NCBI GenBank assembly: GCA_043228905.1
Contig: JBHGNT010000563.1
Span: 1 to 20,674 of the forward strand
Reading direction: 5' to 3'
Source of the DNA: Azolla caroliniana
Lineage: Eukaryota; Plantae; Polypodiophyta
DNA length: 20,674 nucleotides
Shown here: positions 1 to 11,098 of the stretch, piece by piece
Numbering within the stretch: the first letter of the stretch is position 1
Layout of the letters: every line of letters starts with the position of its first letter
Notes under the pieces: generated by a model
Told to the model about the DNA's origin: nothing
Seen by the model: only the letters and a program-made list of their open reading frames with translations
The model's database searches: none
Position numbers and translations under genes: made by a program

Positions 1-2573
1 AAAGGTTTTTGTAAAAGTATGCTCTCTCGCGCTTTTAGTTTTTAACATCTTTGACTTTGAACGATTGTATTTTCCTTAATAGAAGAGATATCAATTCTAA
101 ATTTAGATATGTTTGACTCCAATCTACCTGTGAGGGAGCCATATCTAACAATTTCAGCTAGACTATTTTGTTTTTTTTGTACAAAGGTTTTTGTAAAAGT
201 ATGCTCTCTCGCGCTTTTAGTTTTTAACATCTTTGACTTTGAACGATTGTATTTTCCTTAATAGAAGAGATATCAATTCTAAATTTAGATATGTTTGACT
301 CCAATCTACCTTTGAGGGAGCCATATCTAACAATTTCAGCTAGACTATTTTGTTTTTTTTGTACAAAGGTTTTTGTAAAAGTATGCTCTCTCGCGCTTTT
401 AGTTTTTAACATCTTTGACTTTGAACGATTGTATTTTCCGTAATAGCGGAGATATCAATTTCAAATTTAGATATGTTTCACTCCAATCTACCTGTGAGGG
501 ATTCATATCTAACAATTTCAGCTAGACTGTTTTGTTTTTTTTATACAAAGGTTTTTGTAAAAGTATGCTCTCTCGCGCTTTTAGTTTTTAACATCTTTGA
601 CTTTGAACGATTGTATTTTCCTTAATAGAAGAGATATCAATTCTAAATTTAGATATGTTTGACTCCAATCTACCTGTGAGGGAGCCATATCTAACAATTT
701 CAGCTAGACTATTTTGTTTTTTTTGTACAAAGGTTTTTGTAAAAGTATGCTCTCTCGCGCTTTTAGTTTTTAACATCTTTGACTTTGAACGATTGTATTT
801 TCCTTAATAGAAGAGATATCAATTTCAAATTTAGATATGTTTCACTCCAATCTACCTGTGAGGGATTCATATCTAACAATTTCAGCTAGACTGTTTTGTT
901 TTTTTTTATACAAAGGTTTTTGTAAAAGTATGCTCTCTCGCGCTTTTAGTTTTTAACATCTTTGACTTTGAACGATTGTATTTTCCTTAATAGAAGAGAT
1001 ATCAATTCTAAATTTAGATATGTTTGACTCCAATCTACCTGTGAGGGAGCCATATCTAACAATTTCAGCTAGACTATTTTGTTTTTTTTGTACAAAGGTT
1101 TTTGTAAAAGTATGCTCTCTCGCGCTTTTAGTTTTTAACATCTTTGACTTTGAACGATTGTATTTTCCTTAATAGAAGAGATATCAATTCTAAATTTAGA
1201 TATGTTTGACTCCAATCTACCTGTGAGGGAGCCATATCTAACAATTTCAGCTAGACTATTTTGTTTTTTTTGTACAAAGGTTTTTGTAAAAGTATGCTCT
1301 CTCGCGCTTTTAGTTTTTAACATCTTTGACTTTGAACGATTGTATTTTCCTTAATAGAAGAGATATCAATTCTAAATTTAGATATGTTTGACTCCAATCT
1401 ACCTGTGAGGGAGCCATATCTAACAATTTCAGCTAGACTATTTTGTTTTTTTTGTACAAAGGTTTTTGTAAAAGTATGCTCTCTCGCGCTTTTAGTTTTT
1501 AACATCTTTGACTTTGAACGATTGTATTTTCCTTAATAGAAGAGATATCAATTCTAAATTTAGATATGTTTGACTCCAATCTACCTTTGAGGGAGCCATA
1601 TCTAACAATTTCAGCTAGACTATTTTGTTTTTTTTGTACAAAGGTTTTTGTAAAAGTATGCTCTCTCGCGCTTTTAGTTTTTAACATCTTTGACTTTGAA
1701 CGATTGTATTTTCCGTAATAGCGGAGATATCAATTTCAAATTTAGATATGTTTCACTCCAATCTACCTGTGAGGGATTCATATCTAACAATTTCAGCTAG
1801 ACTGTTTTGTTTTTTTTATACAAAGGTTTTTGTAAAAGTATGCTCTCTCGCGCTTTTAGTTTTTAACATCTTTGACTTTGAACGCTTATATTTTCCTTAA
1901 TAGCAAAGATATCAATTTTAAATTTGTAAATGTTTTACTCCAAACTACCTGTGAGGAAGCCATATCTAACAATGTCGGCTAGAATGTTTCGTTTTTTTTA
2001 TACAAAGGTTTTTTTTAAGTATGTTCTCTCGCGCTTGCATTTTTTAACATCTTCGACTTGGAGCGATTGCATTTTCCTTAATATTGGAGATATCAATTTC
2101 ATTTTTGGATATGCTTCACTCCAATCTACCTGTGACTGAGGCATGTATAACAATTTGGGCTAAAAAGTTTCGTTTTTTTTATACAAAGGTTTTTGTAAAA
2201 GTCTGCACTCTCCCGCTTGTATTTTTTTAACATCTTTGACTTTGAACGATTGTATTTTCCTTAAAAGCAACGATATCAATTTCAAATTTGGATATGTTTC
2301 ACTCCAATCTACCTGTGACCGAGTCATGTCTAACAATTCAGGCTAGAATGCTTAGTTTTTCATACAAATCTTTTTGTAAAAGTCTGCTCTCTCCCGCTTG
2401 AATTTTTTAACATCTTTAACTTTGAGCGATTGCATTTTCCTTAATAGCAGAGATATCAATTTTAAATTTGGATATGTTTCACTTTAATCTACGTCTGACC
2501 AAAGCATGAATAAAAATGTGTGCTAGAAGGTTTCGTTTTTTTTTTAATTTATGGATATGTTTCACTACAATCT
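1..2573. repeat. 182-bp tandem satellite array (14 units plus a fragment; continues past the left edge), intronic
   Basis: Unit starts (aaaggtttttgtaaaag or a variant) at 1, 183, 365, 547, 729, 912, 1094, 1276, 1458, 1640, 1822, 2004, 2185 and 2366. Units 1-10 are near-identical, units 11-14 are diverged, and a short partial copy sits at ~2548-2573. Confidence 0.98.
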
Positions 2574-2640
2574 CTCTTATTTGGCTGATATATGTTTATA
2601 AGAAAATGTAGTGTATTTTCGCCCAATAAACACAATGGTA

Positions 2641-2673
2641 ACGTTGTGTCCATTAATTTTTGACACCCCTGTA
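2641..2673. mobile_element. Probable Tc1/mariner-type terminal inverted repeat plus TA target site, bordering the satellite array
   Basis: Reverse complement reads TA|CAGGGGTGTCAAAAATTAATGGACACAACGT, matching the TA-CAGGG(G)TG start common in insect Tc1/mariner elements and MITEs. The partner TIR is not in the window. Confidence 0.55.
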
Positions 2674-4570
2674 TGTGATAAATATAACGTACCTCACAAT
2701 AATTCCCAACAATAGTAATATGATCTAAAGTGATAAAATTCTCATTCGTATTTTAATAACCATTTTCTACCGATAAAACCATGCTGATACACTAATAATT
2801 CCCCAACATTATAAGTGAATAAACAAGCGTCACATAAAAGTATTTTCATTTAGCATGCCATATATCTAACGACCAATAAAAATAATACAATACGTCGTTA
2901 AGAAACCATATTTTACTCACGCGCTCGACTTTTTAAAGCAAGCACATTTATGTTAATCAGCTGGCGTTTGCAATATTGTCTGTCCAAACACAAAGAACAC
3001 CCGGCGATTATAAATTTGACAGTTATCATTAAGACGCTTTAAAGTCAAAAATATTTTGTGGGATTCCTTACAGCTTTGATTTTAAAAGCTCTATATATAG
3101 ATGTAGAAGTAAGTGATTTTTTCATTTCGTGTTTAAAGCTAATGAATCACTATGAATACGTCCAAAATTATATCTAAGAACTAAAAGAACATATTTTATT
3201 AGATTTGCTCTGATGAATATTGGTAATATTGTTGGCTGAGAAAGATCGAAAGACACGTTTTTATGACACAAAAAAACATATTTGGACACACGAATCGATG
3301 ATCTTCAGTCTTAGAGGATAGGCTGCCAGAACAATTTAATCAAATCAACCATACTTCCCAAATCACCTCGACGATATAACATTAAATGTATTAAGATCAA
3401 AAAAGAAACCTCATCAAGAATAAGCAATAAAAGAAGAAACAACACGCATTATTGTATTCCCAAGATAACGCCTTCAAACAAACTACAGACAACTTAAAGC
3501 CCCTGCGAGATTATAAAGTTAAAATAACACAATGTCAACTAATCCGCAACATCTGTGAATTCTAAACAACTTTGTCGAAATCGCATTCCACAAATCATTA
3601 AATGGTCGGAAGTTTATAGCACGAGAGAAACGAGCATTGAAAGCAAATTTCGGATAAATTTCATTTTCAATACGCTCGCGTATGCATTCAAAAGTTTCAG
3701 GTGCATAAATATATAAATGTTTGCTGAGCTCGGAAGTCGAAAGTCTCGAAGCACCAAACTTTTATTTTAAGGTGAGATTTGCGCGATATATTTATCTTTG
3801 GTAAATGACAATTGCATGCCATCGTATTTCTTTAGGGATGATATCCGAATGTCTGTTTTTATGGCATTAGCGTGAATAAGCAAAATTTGTTTATGGAAAA
3901 CATGTACTTTAATCGATTTTAGCAGAATTATGATTAATAGTATAGAAGATCTACTAACAGTATTTGAAATGGAAGGCTTTTTACAAAATGGTGTGATGAC
4001 ATGGGTTTAAAATATACATAACTTATATACTTATTATTATATAACTATATTATATTTCTCATACTTTAAAGAATGTTAGAGCTCAAGGAAGTGATCACCA
4101 TATTTCTTATTAATGATAATAGAGATAAAGCAAACCTGATTTATAACACGAAATTCCGTGTAAATCTTGATATTTTTCACTCAGTACTTTAATTACATCA
4201 GTGCAACGACCTAAAAAGTATGCTTTTATGCAGAAAGACAAGATTACTTTTGTAACATTTTTTATATGTGATTACGATGTTTCCGACCAATATAAGTCGA
4301 GTTTTATTATAGAAATTAAGTAAAGTTAAGAAAGCAAAGAATAAAAGCAGGTTCGGATTAAACCAAAGGGCATCGTATCACGTACAAATCAAGCCAAAAA
4401 ATCTATCATGCTCTCCAGATTAACCTTTGGTTAAGAAAACATATAATTACCTTGCAAATTTCAGGGCTTATCAGATAAGTTAGTCAAAGAGTAAAGTAGC
4501 TTTAAACATGTCTGTTTCTTCACTTAGTAACTAATACTTTACTTCAACTAGCATTTATTTATAATGAGAA

Positions 4571-4977
4571 AAAGTTGCATCTTTGACATTGTGCGATTCT
4601 ATTTTCCTTAATAGCAGAGATATCAATTTCAAATTTGGATATGTTACTCTCCAATCTACAATTGACCTAGGCATGTATAACAATTTAGGTTTGAAGGTTT
4701 TTTTTTTACAAAGGTTTTTGTAAAAATGTACTCCCTCGCTCTTGCATTTTTTTAACATCTTTGAGCGATTGTATTTTTTTTTATTAGCAGAGATAACAAT
4801 TTCAAATTTGGATATGTTTCACTAAAATCTACCTGTGACCCAGGCATGTATAACAATTTTGGCTAGAAGGTTTCGTTTTTTTTTATACAAATGTTTTTGT
4901 AAAAATGTACTCTCTCGCGCAACATCTTTGACTTTGAGCGATTGCATGTTCCTTAATAGCAGAAATATCAATTTCAA
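4571..4977 (+). repeat. Dispersed ~2.3-unit copy of the 182-bp satellite, same orientation as the array, with small internal deletions
   Basis: Contains catctttgac, ccttaatagcagagatatcaatttcaaatttggatatg and ggctagaaggtttcg. Flanked by a direct repeat at 4543-4570 and 4973-4996. Confidence 0.95.
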
Positions 4978-5905
4978 CTAGGATTTATAATGAGAATTCT
5001 TTCCACCACTGACTAATGTCCAGGTTAAAATGATATAAAAATCCCACAAACCCTGTTTCCTGTATATATGTGTATATATAAGATGGACAGGCATAATTTA
5101 ATCGAATTAATTCGTTAAAAACATTTCAACTAAAAACTTGCCATTTAAAATAAAAGTTATTATTCAACTAATTACAGTTGAAACTAAAAGGGCTTTTAAT
5201 CCCTTCGCAAACAAGGAAACTGTTCCATTCAAGGCTCCCTGAAACAAGCGACGTTTTAAGAGGACTTCACGGTAAATAAAACTGCCAACACATAAAATTT
5301 TGAGGCACTCTCGAGTTAAAAGCGCCTTAAAGTTTCCGAATTCGTTCTTGTTACTGCCAATAACTTGAGAAAACCGTTCGTTTCAGTTTTACAAGTCAGA
5401 ATGCACTTCTATTTCTGATTATTAAGTTAACTCAAAACGCTGCGCTATAAAAAGTTAGGCGAGTTACGCGCTTCGAGGTACGAGTGTTTCTTTTTGTTTT
5501 AGCCACCATTTGCTAAAAATGTTTCTAAAGTTTAAACTTAATTTAAACGCTTAGCTTGACTGATTATAAAATAAACGTGTAAATATGATTGCTTATCTCA
5601 TTAATTCTGAAAATGTATACTTAAGATATAAAGGACATTATTGTTTTTTTCTTTGGAGTATTCAAGATACATACTTTTTAAAACGAATTAGCCATTCCAC
5701 TGGAAGTGACAACTTTTTCAAAACAATAAACATATTTACAAAAATCGCACAAATATTCCATCTTCGTTTTAAACATTTAATCAACCTCAAATATTTATCA
5801 TGTTATTTTACCAGAACAAGAATTATTTTATTTCTAATTTTTTTTTTTTCGTTTTAAATAGTCCAAACAATTTTTACGGGCCATTACATTGACTGAAATT
5901 CATTT

Positions 5906-7434
5906 TTGCACACAAAAATAAAAATGTTAAAAAGCCCTTCTTCTAAATTAGCGCATAGAGAAACTGTGCTAATGGAATTATTGAAAAATATTGATAACAG
6001 CAAACGTAACGTACAACAGTCTAATATTAAAAATAGAAGTTTTGGAATACCTGAGAATGAAAAAAATCTTGTGGAAAATTTCTTCCTAAGAGATGATGTT
6101 AACAGGCAAGCTTCTGGTAAATGAGATGTAAAAAGTCTAGAGAATTCGACGGGCCAAAAGGGAAGTTTTTCAAATTCGTCATATGGTGATGACTATAAAA
6201 GAGGCTTACAGCTTATTTAAGGAAGAATATCCCAAAAGCAGTATCCATGTAAGCAAATTTTATACTTTACGCCCGAAGTATGAATTACTATATTCTCAAA
6301 CTCCCTACAATGTATGTGTCTGTCGCTACCACGCAAACTTTAATTATTTGGTAGAGTCAATTTATAACCAAATTGCTATTCTAAAAAAACTAAAATTCAG
6401 AGCTAAAATCTGCTTATGTTTGTTGATTAAGGATTAAATAAAGGTAATCATAATAAAAATTAAAGTAAATACCTCCACGATTAAGAAAGATATCGCACAT
6501 AGTCAAAGTTGTAACGAAAAGAAACGCAAGAATGCAGACCTTTAAACAAATAGCTATTCTAAAAAAAACAAAAATCTAAGCTCAAATTTGTTTGTGTACG
6601 TTAATTAAGGGTAGATTAAAGTAAATCAAATTAAAATATGAAATAAATATCTAAACGATTAATTAAGATATGATTGGTCAAATTCAAAGATACAACGAAA
6701 AAAAAGGAAAAATGCAGACCTTTAAACAAATCGCCATTTGAATTAATTTATCCCACCACGTTTCCTCATTATGGCAGTGAATTGCTAAAAGAGCTTTGTT
6801 GTGAAACGTCGAATGAAGTTTGTTAAATAATTGTAAAAGACATTTAGATGACCTTCTTCCGATAAATGGCTTACTTCACAAAAATACAATGATTAAGTGG
6901 AAACAATGGAAGGTTGTAGAAAAGCGCCCTCAACTACTCATCAGTTTTTTTTATTATTGACGTTAAATGTAATGTTTTTTTTTTATTTAGATTTAACCTT
7001 AGCAATAAGTTTTTTCAATACATTATATCCTACTTAACTTGTATGAATTACTTGTCCCATCCGTAAACACATTCATTTCTTAACAATGAATGAAAAAAAA
7101 AAGAATCTACGCTTACGTGTAGAATTAATTCAATTCTTTTAATAATCATTTAAATATTAATTTTAGTATTATATTTATATGTAAAATAAAATTGAAGATT
7201 TTGAAATGTCATTTAGTTTCAGATTTTAGGGGTATATTTTTTTGTCTTGTCCGTAACCAGTTTTATTTTGAAAAATGCATTAAAACAAAATGCTATAAAC
7301 AAAAATATACTTAGATCTCATTGACTCTTAAGAGGTACTAGCTAGTATCCGAAGCTGGAAATTTTCAAAAATATAGAGCATGGAATTTTGGAAGTTTACA
7401 AAAAAGTGTCCCGTCCGTAATTATGGAATGGCTC
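5906..7434 (+). mobile_element. Degenerate DNA-transposon remnant (transposase pseudogene; Sola/Sola2-like, tentative) with a probable right terminus at 7434
   Basis: Broken frames give VENFFLRDDVNRQASGK*DV, EVFQIRHMVMTIKEAYSLFKEEYPKSSIHVSKFYTLRPK...NVCVCRYHANF and, after an insertion, PTTFPHYGSELLKELCCETSNEVC* and IKWKQWK. I recall this motif order (F.RDD.SR..PGK.D, SKF..LRP, VCxCxxHxN, CC, WxQW) from Sola-type transposases. The right end reads ...ATGGAATGGCTC (5'-GAG on the other strand). A subterminal motif GTCYYRTCCGTAA occurs at 7054, 7244 and 7408. The left end is unresolved. Confidence 0.65.
6375..6738 (-). repeat. Diverged ~180-bp tandem dimer, an inverted relative of the 182-bp satellite
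   Basis: AATGCAGACCTTTAAACAAAT occurs at 6531 and 6711 (period 180), and GCTATTCTAAAAAAA occurs twice. The reverse complement of 6610-6691 aligns without gaps to my hand-built edge-type satellite consensus at about 60/82 positions. Confidence 0.85.
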
Positions 7435-7536
7435 CAAATTGATTGTTTTAAACATCAATAAAAACTCTACGTTTACTACGTTAAATAATATACGTTTGTT
7501 TATGAAAATGATGTGTTTTTAATGATATAAACTTAC

Positions 7537-8224
7537 CAGCAGAGGCATTGGACAAGGTAGACTGCTGCGATCCCTCATCTATTGGAGTCCCATCAGGACC
7601 CGTCGTGACCACCGAAGTAACCGAACCTCCAGAAGTCTGAGTAACGTGAGTGTTCATTGATCCTTGCGGCGTGGTGGTGATACCGTTGTCCATCATATCA
7701 TTCACCATTTGGGAATGCGAATTGGGCGTAGAACTGGGCGGAGGCATTGGACCTTCGTGCGGATGATTATTAGTCAACATAGGACTACTTGAAGGTGGCA
7801 TGTTTGGAGGCCCCATTGACGGCGGAGGCCCCATCCCTGAATGATGATGCCCCGTGGGCGGCCCCATGTGAAAGTTCTGCGGAGGACCGGGACTGGGTGG
7901 CGCCGAACCGGGCCCGACACCTCCAAAGCCCATCTTATGCTGCAGGTGATGTTTGAGGTAGTGCGGTGGTCTTATGGTCGGACCCGGAGAAGGACAACCG
8001 GGGGCTTGGGGTCCGGAAGGGTTCTGCCCGTTGGGCCCTCCACCGGAACTGGATTTTTGCCCAGGAGAGGGCGACGAAGGCCACGGTTGTTGGTAAGGCG
8101 GGAACTGGGAGTTCTGCATGTGGTTGGGCGGGCCAGGCCGACCAGGAAACTGCTGCGGAGGCATGCTGTTTGACGTTGGCGGCTGGTTACCGGAAGGGCC
8201 GTAAGATTGACCCCCAGGACCGAA
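7537..8224 (-). CDS. osa: Internal coding exon of Osa/ARID1, 688 bp, phase 0 to phase 1
   Basis: Acceptor ttttttttag|TTC (8226-8225) is in frame with ORF 7481..8164; donor GCTG|gtaag (7536-7532). Encodes FGPGGQSYGP...HYLKHHLQHKMGFGG...DEGSQQSTLSNASA. YLK.HLQHK and SQQSTLSNASA are motifs I recall from insect Osa. The phase matches the upstream exon. The three exons total 1114 nt; the ARID domain is not in the window. Confidence 0.92.
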
Positions 8225-8579
8225 CTAAAAAAAAATAAAATTATCCAGTGACTTTTTTAAAGTAAACTTAAAAAAAAAAATTTTTTCACATTTCCAGTTA
8301 CTAATTAATGCAAGAATTTACATTTGTTCTAGCACAAGTAGGCGTTCACAAACTTGGAACACATTAAATATTTCCTACTGAACCAATACCAGCCAAGTTC
8401 GCATAAAAAAATGTCTATATCAGTTATTCAAACAAGCACCAGAACTGGTTTTAGAAAAGGTAAGAAATGACATTTTGATGCAATATTTTTTATTTAGAGT
8501 ATATGGGTATATTTTTATTATTTATGGCATTGGGCAATGATATGTTTAAATTGATTCGATGTTTTTTATGATCTTTTAT

Positions 8580-8580
<1 letters not shown>

Positions 8581-8618
<38 letters not shown>
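8581..8618. repeat. (AG)19 microsatellite
   Basis: Perfect AG dinucleotide run read directly from the sequence. Confidence 0.99.
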
Positions 8619-8622
<4 letters not shown>

Positions 8623-11098
8623 TTATGGATGATTGTATTAAAATTTATTTTTTTAATATTGAATTAGGAAATTATAAGGCATGATCTAATAAGTGACTTT
8701 AGATCTATGCAGTATTTATTATTTATTTAATGGAACATCAAAAAACTACACCTAACCTAATTATAATGAAGTTATTAATATTTTCAATAGCTTTGGTTTT
8801 TTTCCATGGCTACTCTAAATAGTAATTTATTATAAAACCAGTATTCAGAAGAAATGAGAAAAATATTGGAGACATACTTGTCATTCAAATTGCACGTCCT
8901 CAATATTTTAAAATAAATGAATGAAGATTATTTTTGTGAAATATGATCTTTAAAATAAGCAAAAAGATAAATATAACTTTATTCGGAAAAAAGTAAGTAC
9001 TTAGATTAGTGTTCATTTGGGACATGCCAAATTGCTTGGTATTAACATTTCTCGAGCACTGGAACTGCTACTATAAATGAGCTAATTTTAATATTTTCTT
9101 TTTTTTTTGTATAGGTAGGGGGTTGCAGTTTCATAATTGGTATTATTCATACCAAAAATGTTATTCTATAAGTTGCTAAAAAATAATTATATTAGGGGAC
9201 AGTAAATCTTCACTTTTTCAGAAATTCACCCATATACTAATTTTACCACCGCTAACGAATAAAAATAATATTACCTAAACTAATTCAAATACAACCTGTG
9301 AGCTAGATTAAACCAAGATAATTTCAGTAAGGAGACGGGGAACTGTCAAACAATTTTAATTTACGACACAACTATCATAAATTTTCAGGCGCTTGGAATA
9401 ATTAACGCAACATTTTTATCCTTGATCTCCAAAATGACTGTTCAGAATAAATAGGCGGTATATACACATACGTACATCGTTAAACCCAACATGCATTTAT
9501 TTCTTAAAAAGCCTCAGGTCGTGTTCATAGTAAGCGTATTTATCCATTAAGATCTATAACATGCGTTATATGAAATATCAGTAGGACGAATATCTTTATG
9601 ACCTCATTTAAATGCACCAGCTTTTAATAGTTTTTGTGTTTATTCAGAAGTTACTTAAAATATTATTTTAAAAAGACTGGCATATACTGTAAATTTTAGA
9701 AAATAATGAAAATAACGACACTATTAATACCAAGTTGTTTCATTTTAATCGAGTATTAAGCCACATTTAATAATACAATTGTACTAAAATACACCATAAT
9801 TAAAAACAGATAAAGCATAAAAGTATATATTTAACAGTCGAGTTGTTTATCTTACGTCCGCAGGCGAGCTACTTCGGCAGCAAGTGTGAAAGAGAAATAA
9901 TCACCCTTTTAAAGGATATAAAGGTAGGTCAGTAGGAAGGGTCCTGACAAAATAAATGCCATAAATTACCTTTTATTGCTACCGCAATGTGTGGAGTGAC
10001 ACTTGCCCCAAGATTAAGTGCCATTTGGAACGCAAAACTAATGATATAATGATCGCAAATACGGGGAATATCTGTTTTGAACTATGTCGCTGTCTAATCC
10101 ACTTAAGTGATCCGTGTCAACGGCTTTATTCGATTATCAATACATACATAGGGCTATTTAAAAATGTTAAAAAAAAGCTTTTCCATTCTGATGATAATTA
10201 GGAATAATAAAGAGACAACAAAAAATGTGCCAAAAATTATAGAACAAACGGAACAAGACAGTGTTTCAGAGTGTATGTGTTTTAAGGGGCTACCACTATG
10301 TTTATGAACCCTGGGTACCTACTATAAGTACATATATAATCACATATTTTCGTTTATTATAAAAAAATCTTTATAATATAAATCGGACCATTCAAATTTC
10401 ACCATAATCAATGTTAAAATTTGGACTTCTAAGTAATTTACTAAACATATATTAAGGTTATTATTTGACACATTTAATTGTAGCAAAATTTCCTTTCGAT
10501 TAACTTTGCAAAAAGTCATTTAATTCAAATTTGCGTCTTATGTTGCTACGTTGCCATTTATCGTTTGACATTTTTTTGTAATTACAACTACAATTTATTT
10601 TGTTATCGCAAATTGTTAGCCGTTTATTATTTACATCAGCACATACATTATAAATCTTAACTCTGATATTTTTGTATGAAAATTGTTCGTAATATTCTAT
10701 TTTTATCAATAAAAAAAACGACCCAACTTTTTTGTATTATCATCACAAGCTGGCAACCGCTTCACCGTTCTACGTCACTCGAGGGTTATGACGTGCATTG
10801 CAGATTGTTTTGGTATTACTATAGAATTTGATGTTTAGTCATTAACGTGTGCATTTTCACCCTATTAATTAAAAAAATATTAATGAATTAATTTAGAAAA
10901 AAGCTCTCCGAAAAACGTATGAGGTCCTTCTTAAAATGACACGCTTCTTAACATAAGCTTTTAAATCTGATAATTGTACATTAGTACAAGAATTAAAAAT
11001 AATTGTTTAAACTTGTATACTTTCTCCAAACTATTATCTCTACATCTGTAAGCTTTTTTGAGCTTAGTATTTTGTTTAGCTTAAAAAATATGTAAATA

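Noticed and set aside
42-1687. Seven near-identical 62-aa minus-strand ORFs (MLKTKSAREH...) as a tandem small-protein family
   Set aside because: They are by-products of the 182-bp unit. They overlap each other, are broken in B-type units, and lie in an intronic satellite with no promoter or splice evidence. The same applies to ORFs 1930..2139 and 4555..4758.
1-2573. CRISPR-like or other repeat-spacer array
   Set aside because: The units are head-to-tail with no unique spacers, the context is eukaryotic, and there are no cas genes.
7481-7536. ORF-track extensions beyond the exon ends (also 13477-13521 and 14964-15055)
   Set aside because: They read through canonical GTAAG donors into AT-rich intron.
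7841-8238. Plus-strand ORFs (110 aa, 90 aa; also 13536..13787)
   Set aside because: They are antisense shadows of GC-rich osa exons.
8498-9238. 11-bp inverted repeat AGTATATGGGT / ACCCATATACT as MITE termini
   Set aside because: The match does not extend inward and there is no internal support. It could be an old element but cannot be supported from the sequence alone.
10547-10760. GTTGCCA / TGGCAAC pair as a small hAT MITE
   Set aside because: Only 7 bp match and no TSD was found.
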